Position numbers and translations under genes: made by a program | The notes under the pieces: model-generated | Seen by the model: the letters and a program-made list of their open reading frames with translations, nothing else | The model's database searches: none | What the model was told of the DNA's origin: nothing | Origin: Myxococcales bacterium | GTDB lineage: Bacteria > Myxococcota > Myxococcia > Myxococcales > UBA5297 | Length of the DNA: 64,000 bases | Assembly (NCBI GenBank): GCA_037442205.1 | Contig: JBBIQS010000017.1 | Span: 21,964 to 85,963 of the forward strand | Reading direction: 5' to 3' | Shown: one piece after another, positions 1 through 7,820 of the stretch | Position numbering within the stretch: the first letter of the stretch is position 1 | How the letters are laid out: every line of letters starts with the position of its first letter

Positions 1-379
1 CACCCGGCACGGCAGGTTCCAGACTCCGCACGTGGCGATCCTGCTGGTGACCGGCTTCGGGTTGCTGGGGACGCTGGCCCTCGACTTCAAGCAGCTGGCC
101 GACCTGACCATCATCACGCTGTTCACCCAGTACGTGCCCACCACCTTGTCGGTGCTGGTGTTCCGCAAGAAGCGGCCGGAAGCCAAGCGGCTGTTCCGCA
201 TTCCGCTGGGGCCGGTGATTCCACTGCTGGCGCTGGCCGCCATGGCCCCGCTGATCCTCAAGATCGAGCTCAAGTCGCTGGCGATGACCGGGGTGATCAT
301 GGGGGTGGGGCTGGCGGTCTACGTCGTCCACCGGATGGTCGCTAGGCCTTCGACCGGGGCGGTGGGGCCGCAGCCCTGA
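1..379 (+). CDS. APC-type amino acid/polyamine permease, C-terminal fragment (5' end outside window)
   Basis: The frame is open from the window edge into track ORF 32..379. Hydrophobic helices flank a basic loop (FRKKRPEAKRLFRIPLGP), as in APC permease C-termini. Family assignment is from memory only. Confidence 0.5.
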   Translation, partial: TRHGRFQTPHVAILLVTGFGLLGTLALDFKQLADLTIITLFTQYVPTTLSVLVFRKKRPEAKRLFRIPLGPVIPLLALAAMAPLILKIELKSLAMTGVIMGVGLAVYVVHRMVARPSTGAVGPQP

Positions 380-429
380 GCCTGGCCGGTCGCTTCGCAA
401 TCCGCGCCCGGCTGTTAGACTAGGCCCCG

Positions 430-1203
430 ATGCCTCGCCTCGCTCCATTCATCGCGCTGGCGCTCCTGCTGAGCGCCGGTTCCGCCCGTGCCGCCTCGGT
501 CTGGATCGACGCCGGCCACGGTGGCGCCAAGGCCGGAGCCCCGGGCCCCAAGCAGCGGATGGAGAAGGAGATCACCCTCGAGCTGGCCAAGCGGCTCAAG
601 GCCGAGCTCGAGAAGGCCGGGGCCCGCGTCGGTCTCTCGCGCGACAGCGACGTCGAAGTCGGCCTGCAGGAGCGGATGCGCCGGGCCAACGCCACCGATC
701 CCGACCTCTTCATCTCCATCCACTGCAACTCGATGCCGCTCAACAGCCCGTCGCGCAAGACGGCGCGGGGCGTGGAGACCTACTTCCTGTCGGCCGACGC
801 CTCGGGCGAGCAGGCCGAGCGGGTGGCCGCCCTGGAAAACGCCGAGGCCGGGGCCGCCGCCGAGTCCGCCGACCCGGTGGAGAACATCCTCAACGACCTG
901 GCCCAGACCCAGGCCCACCGCGACGCCTCGGCGCTGGCCTATGCCATCCACCAGCAGCTGGTGAAGGACCTGGGAGTGCCCAACCGCGGCGTCCACCAGG
1001 CCCCGTTCCTGGTGCTGATGGGCGCCAAGATGCCGGCGATCCTGGTGGAAGTGGGCTTCCTCTCCCACCTCACCGAAGGCCCCAAGCTGGCCGAGCCGGC
1101 CTACCAGAAGAAGATCGTCGCCTCGCTGGCCGCCGGGATCCGCGCCTTCCTGGCCGGCCGCGCCGGCCAGTCCGAACCGCCCAAGACCAGCGCCAAGCCC
1201 TGA
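430..1203 (+). CDS. Secreted N-acetylmuramoyl-L-alanine amidase (Amidase_3 / AmiC-like)
   Basis: Track ORF of 257 aa with signal peptide MPRLAPFIALALLLSAGSARA. Amidase_3-type motifs IDAGHGG, FISIHCNS, GVETYFLS, LVEVGFLSH. Confidence 0.85.
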   Translation: MPRLAPFIALALLLSAGSARAASVWIDAGHGGAKAGAPGPKQRMEKEITLELAKRLKAELEKAGARVGLSRDSDVEVGLQERMRRANATDPDLFISIHCNSMPLNSPSRKTARGVETYFLSADASGEQAERVAALENAEAGAAAESADPVENILNDLAQTQAHRDASALAYAIHQQLVKDLGVPNRGVHQAPFLVLMGAKMPAILVEVGFLSHLTEGPKLAEPAYQKKIVASLAAGIRAFLAGRAGQSEPPKTSAKP

Positions 1204-1314
1204 ATCGCGGGCGGCGGCGGAAAGTTCTCCATTTGACGCCGGGGCAGGGGCGCCGCTAGCTTGCGCGCCTTCTTGGCGAGGGGCCAACCCGTGGTCGGAG
1301 TGCGAGGAGGCAGC

Positions 1315-2031
1315 ATGCGTTCAGGTGGCCGTGGAGTGCGCGACTTGCGCCCGGTGAAGTTCACGCCCGGCTTCACCAAGCACGCCGAGGGCTCGGTGCT
1401 GGTGGAGTTCGGCGACACCCGGGTGCTGTGCACCGCGTCGGTGGAGGAGAAGGTCCCGCCGCACGTGATGGGCAGCGGCAAGGGCTGGGTCACCGCCGAG
1501 TACGGGATGCTGCCGCGCGCCACCCACACCCGCGGAAGCCGCGAGGCGGCCAAGGGCAAGCAGACCGGGCGCACGGTGGAGATCCAGCGGCTGATCGGAA
1601 GGGCGCTGCGGGCTTCGATCGACCTGGGGCTGCTCGGGCAGCGCTCGATCCTCATCGACTGCGACGTGCTGCAGGCCGACGGCGGGACGCGGACCGCCTC
1701 GATCACTGGCAGCTGGGTGGCGCTGTCGCTGGCCTGCCGCAAGCTGCGCAGCAAGGGCGTGATCCTGCAGGACCCGATGCGCGAGCCGGTGGCGGCGGTG
1801 AGCGTGGGCGTGGTGGGAGGCCAGCCGATGCTCGACCTCGACTACGGCGAGGACAGCAGCGCCGAAGTCGACATGAACGTGGTGGCCAACGAGAAGCAGG
1901 AGCTGATCGAGATCCAGGGCACCGCCGAGGGCAAGGTCTTCAGCAAGGCGACCTTCGACCAGATGCTCTACCTAGCGCTGGACGGCATCGGCCAGCTGGC
2001 CAAGCTGCAGCGGGAGGCGGTGGGCAAGTGA
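1315..2031 (+). CDS. rph: Ribonuclease PH
   Basis: Lies inside track ORF 1261..2031. ATG at 1315 is preceded by GAGGAGG, giving 238 aa. Motifs [65 protein letters not shown]. Confidence 0.95.
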   Translation: MRSGGRGVRDLRPVKFTPGFTKHAEGSVLVEFGDTRVLCTASVEEKVPPHVMGSGKGWVTAEYGMLPRATHTRGSREAAKGKQTGRTVEIQRLIGRALRASIDLGLLGQRSILIDCDVLQADGGTRTASITGSWVALSLACRKLRSKGVILQDPMREPVAAVSVGVVGGQPMLDLDYGEDSSAEVDMNVVANEKQELIEIQGTAEGKVFSKATFDQMLYLALDGIGQLAKLQREAVGK

Positions 2032-2630
2032 AGCTGCTCTTCGCCACCGGCAACAAGGGAAAACTCGAGGAGCTGCGGGCGCTTGTGAAGGGTCTGCCGG
2101 TCGAGGTCCTGTCGCTGGCCGACGTCGAGGCGGTGGAGGTGGTGGAGGACGGGGCGACGCTGGAGGAGAACGCGCTCAAGAAGGCGCGGGCCTACGCGGC
2201 GCTGCCGGGGATCGCGGTGCTGGCCGACGACACCGGCTTGTGCGTGGACGCGCTGGGCGGGGCCCCTGGGGTTCACTCGGCGCGGTACGCCGGGGTGAGC
2301 AGCAGCGAAGAGGCGCGCTACCGCGCCAACAACGAGAAGCTGCTGCGGGAGCTCTCCGGCAAGCCGTTCGAGGGGCGGGGAGCGGAGTTCCGCTGCGTGC
2401 TGTGCCTGATCGTTCCGGGGCGCGAGCCGCTGAGCGTGGCCGGGGTGTGCTGGGGGCGGATCGCGCTCTCGCCGCGCGGGGGCCAGGGTTTCGGCTACGA
2501 CCCGCTGTTCGAGCTGCCCGAGCTGGGCAAGACCTTCGCCGAGCTGACCGGGGGCGAGAAGAACACCCTGTCGCACCGGGCGCGGGCGTTCCAGGGGCTG
2601 CGGCCGCACCTGGAGAAGCTGGCGCGGTAG
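2028..2630 (+). CDS. rdgB: dITP/XTP pyrophosphatase (RdgB/HAM1 family)
   Basis: In-frame 3' part of track ORF 1428..2630. GTG at 2028 overlaps the rph stop (GTGA), giving 200 aa. Motifs [28 protein letters not shown]. The rph-rdgB pairing is a common arrangement. Confidence 0.9.
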   Translation: MKLLFATGNKGKLEELRALVKGLPVEVLSLADVEAVEVVEDGATLEENALKKARAYAALPGIAVLADDTGLCVDALGGAPGVHSARYAGVSSSEEARYRANNEKLLRELSGKPFEGRGAEFRCVLCLIVPGREPLSVAGVCWGRIALSPRGGQGFGYDPLFELPELGKTFAELTGGEKNTLSHRARAFQGLRPHLEKLAR

Positions 2631-2643
2631 GGCAGAAGGCGGC

Positions 2644-2672
2644 TTGCAAAGCCGGTTCAACCCGTTTAAATG
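2644..2672 (+). promoter_or_regulatory. Sigma-70-like promoter for the tRNA cluster (TTGCAA-N17-TAAATG)
   Basis: TTGCAA at 2644..2649, a 17-nt spacer, TAAATG at 2667..2672. The -10 box ends 12 nt before the tRNA-Pro 5' end. Confidence 0.45.
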
Positions 2673-2684
2673 GTCGGGCTTTTT

Positions 2685-2758
2685 CGGGGCGTAGCGCAGC
2701 CTGGTAGCGCACCTGCCTTGGGCGCAGGGGGTCGGAGGTTCAAATCCTCTCGTCCCGA
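2685..2758 (+). tRNA. tRNA-Pro (anticodon TGG)
   Basis: Hand-folded cloverleaf. Acceptor CGGGGCG/CGTCCCG, anticodon stem CCTGC/GCAGG with loop CTTGGGC, T-loop TTCAAAT. No CCA is encoded. Confidence 0.9.
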
Positions 2759-2766
2759 TAGAGCGG

Positions 2767-2802
2767 GGCCGCGGCAGTCGGAAGGCTGCCGCGGCCTTGT
2801 TG
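2767..2802 (+). terminator. Perfect 11-bp GC hairpin between tRNA-Pro and tRNA-Arg (terminator or processing signal)
   Basis: GGCCGCGGCAG-tcggaagg-CTGCCGCGGCC followed by TTGTTG. The next tRNA starts only 5 nt later, so a processing or attenuation role is equally possible. Confidence 0.3.
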
Positions 2803-2806
2803 ACCG

Positions 2807-2880
2807 GCGCCAGTAGCTCACCGGGATAGAGCAACGGCCTTCTAAGCCGTAGGTAGGGGGTTCGAGTCCCTCCTGGCGCG
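2807..2880 (+). tRNA. tRNA-Arg (anticodon TCT)
   Basis: Acceptor GCGCCAG/CTGGCGC, anticodon loop CTTCTAA, T-arm GGGGG-TTCGAGT-CCCTC. No CCA is encoded. Confidence 0.9.
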
Positions 2881-3002
2881 CTCGATGTCGTTTTTTCTCT
2901 CGCGCCAGGGCCCGGCTCTGGTAATAAGGAGGCGCCGCGGACGGTCGGCGCGCCACGGCGCCGAAAAGCAGTCGAGGACGCGGGACGCAGCGAAGGCAGC
3001 AC

Positions 3003-3076
3003 GGTGGGTGTAGCTCAACTGGCAGAGCACAGGACTGTGGCTCCTGGGGTTGTGGGTTCGAGCCCCTCCATCCACC
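3003..3076 (+). tRNA. tRNA-His (anticodon GTG, with G-1)
   Basis: An extra 5' G pairs with C73, the His identity feature. Anticodon stem CAGGA/TCCTG with loop CTGTGGC, T-loop TTCGAGC. The hand fold has one T:T mismatch in the T-stem. Confidence 0.85.
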
Positions 3077-3139
3077 CTCTCTTCTCTCGGATCGCCAAGA
3101 CAGCACCGGCGGTCCCACGGCGTGCGATTCCGCAGCCGA

Positions 3140-3213
3140 GCGCCTGTAGCTCAACTGGATAGAGCGTTGGGCTTCGAACCCAAAGGCTGGAGGATCGTGC
3201 CCTCCCAGGCGCG
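3140..3213 (+). tRNA. tRNA-Arg (anticodon TCG) with atypical T-loop
   Basis: Acceptor GCGCCTG/CAGGCGC, D-arm GCTC-AACTGGATA-GAGC, anticodon stem TTGGG/CCCAA with loop CTTCGAA. The T-arm GGAGG-ATCGTGC-CCTCC reads A54/T58 rather than T54/A58. Confidence 0.7.
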
Positions 3214-3304
3214 CTGTATCTTGCCGCGGTGACTGGCGTTCTCGGGCGCCGCCTGGTCCTCGCTCTCATGGTGCGGCCAGGGCAGTAGGGCTAACCTCTC
3301 CTCG

Positions 3305-3553
3305 ATGTTCGAGGACACCTCACCAGAGCAGTTGCGGCGCTACCACGAGCTGCTTCGCTCAATGACGCCGGCTCAGAGGCTGCGCCAGGCGGCGGCGCTC
3401 ACCATGGCTGTGCGGACCATGGCGATCGCGGGAATTCGCCAGCGGCACCCCAACGCCACCGAGGAGGAGGTCCGCGCTCGACTCGCGGTGCGCCTCGACG
3501 GACGAGCTGCCGCCCGGCGCCTGTGCCGCGAGATTCCCGATGACGCCGTCTGA
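3305..3553 (+). CDS. Small hypothetical protein (82 aa, helical, Arg/Ala-rich)
   Basis: Track ORF. The central stretch MTPAQRLRQAAALTMAVRTMAIAGIRQRHPNATEEEVRARLAVRL resembles, from memory, small proteins often found next to minimal nucleotidyltransferases. No Shine-Dalgarno is visible upstream and no partner gene is present. Confidence 0.45.
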   Translation: MFEDTSPEQLRRYHELLRSMTPAQRLRQAAALTMAVRTMAIAGIRQRHPNATEEEVRARLAVRLDGRAAARRLCREIPDDAV

Positions 3554-3741
3554 GTCGGACCTTCCCTCTCGCTGCGAGCGGAGCCCTCGTCGCTCTCAAG
3601 CACCGCCCGATTCGCTTCGTCCGGCTCCTGCCGGCGCGCGACATTCCTCAGATCGGAATTGCCCAGTTGCGCCGAGCCGATGCGAGCGCGATCCTCGGGT
3701 GGTGCGGCGCCCGTCTCGGGTGCGAGCGAGGGGGTAGTTCG

Positions 3742-6552
3742 TTGAAGCGGCCAATTCTCGTGTGGTCAGCGATCGCCGCCTTGGGCGTGATCGGAGGACT
3801 CGCCGCGGTCGCTTGGCATCTCCATGTGGCGGCCCCGATCGCTGCCGAGGCGGAGGCAGGAGCTGCCGAAGTGCCGGCGCAGGCCCGAGCGGCAGCCGCG
3901 GTCCCGTCCGCGCAAGGCGCGTCGCAGAACCTCGGCTACGTGGTAGTTGCGGTGACCGTGAACGGAGCACCGCTTGCGACCGGAGAATTGCGCGCCTATC
4001 GACTCGACGAGGTCGATTCCCGGCGCCGATGGAGCTCGGCAGCTAGTGCGCCGGTAGTCGATGGGAGCGCCCGCCTCCAGGTCGGCCGCGGCGAATTCCT
4101 CGTCGTGGCGCACGCGAACGGCTATGCGCCGAGCCGAGTGGTCCTGGAGCGCCAGACTGCCGACGAGCTGACCAGCCTCGCGCTGGAAATGAAGGCGGGC
4201 GTCGAGCTCGTTGGCCGCGTGATCGCCGGGCGCACGCACGACCCGGTTCCCGGCGCTGTGGTTTCCCTCGAACTGCTCGATCCGACGATGCCCCGGCGCG
4301 CGGCGGCTCCTGCCGAGGAGCGCATCAGTGCGTCGAGCGATGCCAAGGGCGTGGTCATTCTCACCGGCCTCACGAAGGGAAAGTTCGCGGCGCGGGTCGA
4401 GGCGCCCGGCTATCGCAGGATGGGAAGCGAAGTCGCCGTGCCGCCGGAGAAGGAGTGGACGATCGAGCTCGAGTCCACGGCGTTCATCAACGGGCACGTC
4501 CTCGACGACCGAGGCAATGCCGTGGCGGACGCTGAGGTCTTCGCCAGCCCAGCCAGGCGCTTCGCGTTCAATGAGGTTCAAAGCACGCGCACCGGAACCA
4601 AAGGGGAGTTCGTGCTCGAGGCGCCTGCCGGCGCCTACCACCTCTGGGCCCGCCAAGGATCCCTCACTGGAAGAGCGCCCGGCCCAGTCGCGGTTACGGC
4701 GGGAATGACGCGCAATGATGTCATCGTCAGGCTCGGTCCGGGCGCCGCCGTGGAGGGAACGGTGGTCGAGAGCAGCACCAAGTCCCCAATCGCCGGAGCC
4801 GAGGTGACGGTGCACGAATCTTGGTTCGCCGAAGACGTGGGAAAGGCAGAGACGGACGCACAGGGGCGCTTCGAGATCAGTGGGATTCCGGCCGGCATCT
4901 ACCTGGTTTCCGCACACCGCGATGGATTCTCCGGCGGCAGCCGCGACGACATCGGCCTGATTGCCGGCGGCCGATTCAAGGTTTCGATCGCGCTCAGCAG
5001 ACCCGAATCCGGATCCATCGAGGGACTGGTGCTCGGCGCCGAGGGACAGCCGCTCGGCGGAGTCCTCGTGAGCGCTGGCGAACGGCGAACCCGCACCGGC
5101 GCGGACGGGCACTACCGTCTCGACAGCCTGGATTCCGGGTTCCGGCCGGTCACAGCTGTGATTCCCACTGTTGAGGCTCCGCTGGAGGACATGGTGCAGG
5201 TCAGGCCCGGGCAGGTCGCGCGCCTGGATCTCCAGGTGAAGCTGAGTGGCCGGGTTGCGGGGCACGTTCTCACGCGATCTCATCGCCCTCCGGTGCGAAG
5301 TTGCTCGGTCGAGGCGGAGCCTTCGGATGATGGCGACAGCGTGAAGCGCTACCTGTGGAAAGGAACCCCTGAATTCGCGCCCAAGATCCGCTCCGATGGT
5401 GGGTATGAAATGGATCTGCCGGTGGGAGAGCATCGGATCCGAGTGCACTGTGCGGAGGATCGAGAGAGCGGTGGAGAGGCAGTCGTCCACGTGGTCGCCG
5501 GCGAAACCACGACTCACGACTTCGTCATCGACGATGATCCACCTGTATTGCTCGAGGGCGATGTCCTGGAGCCCGACGGCACTCCGTCGATTGGCGCCAA
5601 GATAGCCGTGACGGATGAACGCGGTTGGTCGCCAGGATCCTCAGAGACCAAGTCAAACAGCGACGGCCACTTCACGCTTCGCGATTCCGGTTGGCCGGCC
5701 AATCGAGTCCTGGTCGTCCGCGCGAGCAATGAGTCGCGCACGGCTACGCTCAAACCAGTTCGAGCCGGAAGCAGATCTCTGGCGATCAGGCTTCAGGCCG
5801 GGGCTTCGCTGCGCGGTCGGGTGATCGGAACAATGCCGGTGGAGCACTTCTCGCTGCGGGTTGAAGCGACTGGCACCTCGGCGAGGGTGGAGTTCTCAGA
5901 CAGCGAGTTTGAGCTCTACGACCTTCCGCCAGGTCCGGCCGTGTTGTCCGTGGATGCTGGAGCGGCGGGAAGCGGGACGAAAGCCGTGAACTTGATCCCC
6001 GGCCGGGAGGCGGAGACCGAAATCCGGCTCGGCTCGGCCGGACGGGTCGTCGGGAGGATGGTTTCCCGTGCTCCGGAGGAACCTTGGCACTTCTGGCGCG
6101 CCTCCGCTACCGATGCGAACGACAACAAGATTGGCGAAGGCCGTTGCGACGGTGACGGCCGATTCGAAATCAATGGATTACCGGTGGGCGACTACACAGT
6201 CCACCTGTTCGGTAGCAGCTGGATGACGGAGCGCCGCGTCGCAATCCTTGGCGGGCAGACGATTGACCTGGGCGACGTGAACGTAGACGGCTTCCGTGCT
6301 CCTCCCGGAAAGATCGGCGTCGGCCTCGAGGACCGTGCGGATGGTGTCTACGTCGGGTCCCTCGCCAAGGATGGTCCGGCAGAACGCGCGGGGGTACTGG
6401 AGGGAGACCGAATCGTCGCGGCAGACGGGGTGCCCGTTTCCTCCTCGAAGGAGGTGATGGAGCGCGTTCCAGGAAAACCGGGAACGCCGGTGGTCATCGC
6501 CATTTCGCGCGGCGGCCAGGAGCAGTCTTTGACCATCATTCGGGCGGAGTAA
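3742..6552 (+). CDS. Membrane-anchored multi-domain protein: about 8 carboxypeptidase-regulatory-like (CarboxypepD_reg) beta-sandwich repeats plus a C-terminal PDZ domain
   Basis: Track ORF 3667..6552. I prefer the TTG at 3742, which has GAGGGGG 7 nt upstream and yields KRPILVWSAIAALGVIGGLAAVAW as an N-terminal anchor. Repeats of the type GRV.G.V.D..G.PV.GA.V, DAQGRFEISGIPAGIYLVSA, CDGDGRFEINGLPVGDYTVHL. PDZ-like tail GVYVGSLAKDGPAERAGVLEGDRIVAADG. Confidence 0.75.
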   Translation: MKRPILVWSAIAALGVIGGLAAVAWHLHVAAPIAAEAEAGAAEVPAQARAAAAVPSAQGASQNLGYVVVAVTVNGAPLATGELRAYRLDEVDSRRRWSSAASAPVVDGSARLQVGRGEFLVVAHANGYAPSRVVLERQTADELTSLALEMKAGVELVGRVIAGRTHDPVPGAVVSLELLDPTMPRRAAAPAEERISASSDAKGVVILTGLTKGKFAARVEAPGYRRMGSEVAVPPEKEWTIELESTAFINGHVLDDRGNAVADAEVFASPARRFAFNEVQSTRTGTKGEFVLEAPAGAYHLWARQGSLTGRAPGPVAVTAGMTRNDVIVRLGPGAAVEGTVVESSTKSPIAGAEVTVHESWFAEDVGKAETDAQGRFEISGIPAGIYLVSAHRDGFSGGSRDDIGLIAGGRFKVSIALSRPESGSIEGLVLGAEGQPLGGVLVSAGERRTRTGADGHYRLDSLDSGFRPVTAVIPTVEAPLEDMVQVRPGQVARLDLQVKLSGRVAGHVLTRSHRPPVRSCSVEAEPSDDGDSVKRYLWKGTPEFAPKIRSDGGYEMDLPVGEHRIRVHCAEDRESGGEAVVHVVAGETTTHDFVIDDDPPVLLEGDVLEPDGTPSIGAKIAVTDERGWSPGSSETKSNSDGHFTLRDSGWPANRVLVVRASNESRTATLKPVRAGSRSLAIRLQAGASLRGRVIGTMPVEHFSLRVEATGTSARVEFSDSEFELYDLPPGPAVLSVDAGAAGSGTKAVNLIPGREAETEIRLGSAGRVVGRMVSRAPEEPWHFWRASATDANDNKIGEGRCDGDGRFEINGLPVGDYTVHLFGSSWMTERRVAILGGQTIDLGDVNVDGFRAPPGKIGVGLEDRADGVYVGSLAKDGPAERAGVLEGDRIVAADGVPVSSSKEVMERVPGKPGTPVVIAISRGGQEQSLTIIRAE

Positions 6553-6562
6553 GTCGGAGGCG

Positions 6563-7069
6563 CTACCGCCGAGCGAGCCCCAGCTCGAACAGCCGCACGC
6601 CCTCGTCCTCGCCCTGCTCCCACATCCCGAGCGAGGACCAGAAGGCCGCCGCCCCGTCTTCACCCGGCGCCACTCCCAGCTTCACCGTCTGGTAGCCCTG
6701 CGCGGCCAGCACTCCGAAGAGCGCCTCGGCCACCTCGCGCCCGACGCCCTTGCCCCGCTCGCTCTGCACGATGGCCAGCAGCGCCAGAGTCACCTCGCCG
6801 CGGTGCGGGGTGTCCATCGCCAGATCCAGGATCCCGACCGGCGATTTCGCCTCGTCGTTCCTGGCCACCACGAACAGCCGGCGCTGGTCATCGGCCAGCG
6901 CGTCGAAAAGCCGCTCCGCCGCCAGCTCCTTGGCCGGGCGCGCTCCCTCGGTCCGCTTGAAGTAGTCGGCAGCCCCCTTCACGCAGCGTTCGACGGCGGC
7001 CAACGACGACTCTCGCGCCGGCAGCGCGATCAGGTTTCCCAACGCAAGCTGGCCGGCGAGGCGTCTCAC
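6563..7069 (-). CDS. GNAT-family N-acetyltransferase
   Basis: Track ORF of 168 aa. Acetyl-CoA binding motif context VQSERGKGVGREVAEALF. The GTG start overlaps the upstream gene's stop (GTGA). Confidence 0.75.
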   Translation of the reverse strand: MRRLAGQLALGNLIALPARESSLAAVERCVKGAADYFKRTEGARPAKELAAERLFDALADDQRRLFVVARNDEAKSPVGILDLAMDTPHRGEVTLALLAIVQSERGKGVGREVAEALFGVLAAQGYQTVKLGVAPGEDGAAAFWSSLGMWEQGEDEGVRLFELGLARR

Positions 7070-7662
7070 TTGTCGTGCAGCTCGTCCTCGGGCGCGACCA
7101 CGCGGCCGCTGGGCGCCGAGAAAATGGCGTAGACGTTGGTGACCTTGCCCACTCCACCGGTGTCCAGGACGGTGGCCTTGAGGGTGAACGGCTCGTGCTC
7201 GGGCAGCAGCGCCGAGACGTCGACCTCACCCGGCCCGAAGGCGAACTTGAGCCCGCCCAGGGCGTCGATCTGCTCGGTGCCCACGGTGCAGCCGGCCTGG
7301 AAGCCGACCGCCACCCGGTGCCGCACCGTCCCCGAGGCGTTGCCGATCTCCAGCAACAGGAAGTTGTCGACCGACCAGCCCTCCTGGCCCGCCTCGTCGC
7401 CATAGAGCTTGACGGTGGCGCCGTGGCGGCTCACCGGGCCCATCTCGCCGGAGGCCACGACGTAGGGCACCGGCTCGCCGTTCTCCACCGTGACGTAGAC
7501 GTCCTGGCGCTTGTGCGCGCGGGTGGCGGTCTCCGCCTCGGGCGTCTCCTGCAGGAGCTGGTAGGCCTTCGGCGGCCCGGAGTAGACCGGCAGCGCCGGC
7601 GCCTGGCTCTTGGGGCATCCAGCGGCGAGCAGCGGAATCAGGAAGGCAAGTGCACGGCGCAT
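7066..7662 (-). CDS. Hypothetical lipoprotein
   Basis: Inside track ORF 7066..7728. ATG at 7662 gives MRRALAFLIPLLAAGC (lipobox LAAGC), with GAGGGG upstream. No recognisable catalytic motif. Confidence 0.65.
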   Translation of the reverse strand: MRRALAFLIPLLAAGCPKSQAPALPVYSGPPKAYQLLQETPEAETATRAHKRQDVYVTVENGEPVPYVVASGEMGPVSRHGATVKLYGDEAGQEGWSVDNFLLLEIGNASGTVRHRVAVGFQAGCTVGTEQIDALGGLKFAFGPGEVDVSALLPEHEPFTLKATVLDTGGVGKVTNVYAIFSAPSGRVVAPEDELHDK

Positions 7663-7697
7663 CGGACCCCTCGAGTGTGTCAGGTTGAACGGCGCGC

Positions 7698-7728
7698 ACT
7701 TTAAGCCAGCGCGCCCCCGGCTGGTCAA
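7698..7728 (-). promoter_or_regulatory. Sigma-70-like promoter candidate for the lipoprotein-GNAT pair
   Basis: The minus strand reads TTGACC-N18/19-TTAAAGT, about 35 nt upstream of the ATG at 7662. Confidence 0.3.
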
Positions 7729-7820
7729 GGGAGCCCAGGCGCCGCCCTGGACGCCTGGATCGCGCGCGGGCGGCGGAATACCATCGCTGCCTCACGCGGC
7801 AACAGGAGGGGCGGGCGCTC

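Noticed and set aside
3540-3737. 65-aa ORF after the 82-aa gene, considered as a possible toxin or nucleotidyltransferase partner
   Set aside because: It is Arg/Pro/Ser-rich with no nucleotidyltransferase G-S/D-x-D motif. The repeated SRCER peptide reflects short DNA repeats (gcgagcg). It looks like noncoding or decayed sequence.
3214-6562. Prophage or integrative element at the tRNA cluster
   Set aside because: I saw no integrase, excisionase or phage genes, and no direct repeat of the tRNA-Arg 3' end at the distal boundary. Only the compositional anomaly is retained, as a finding.
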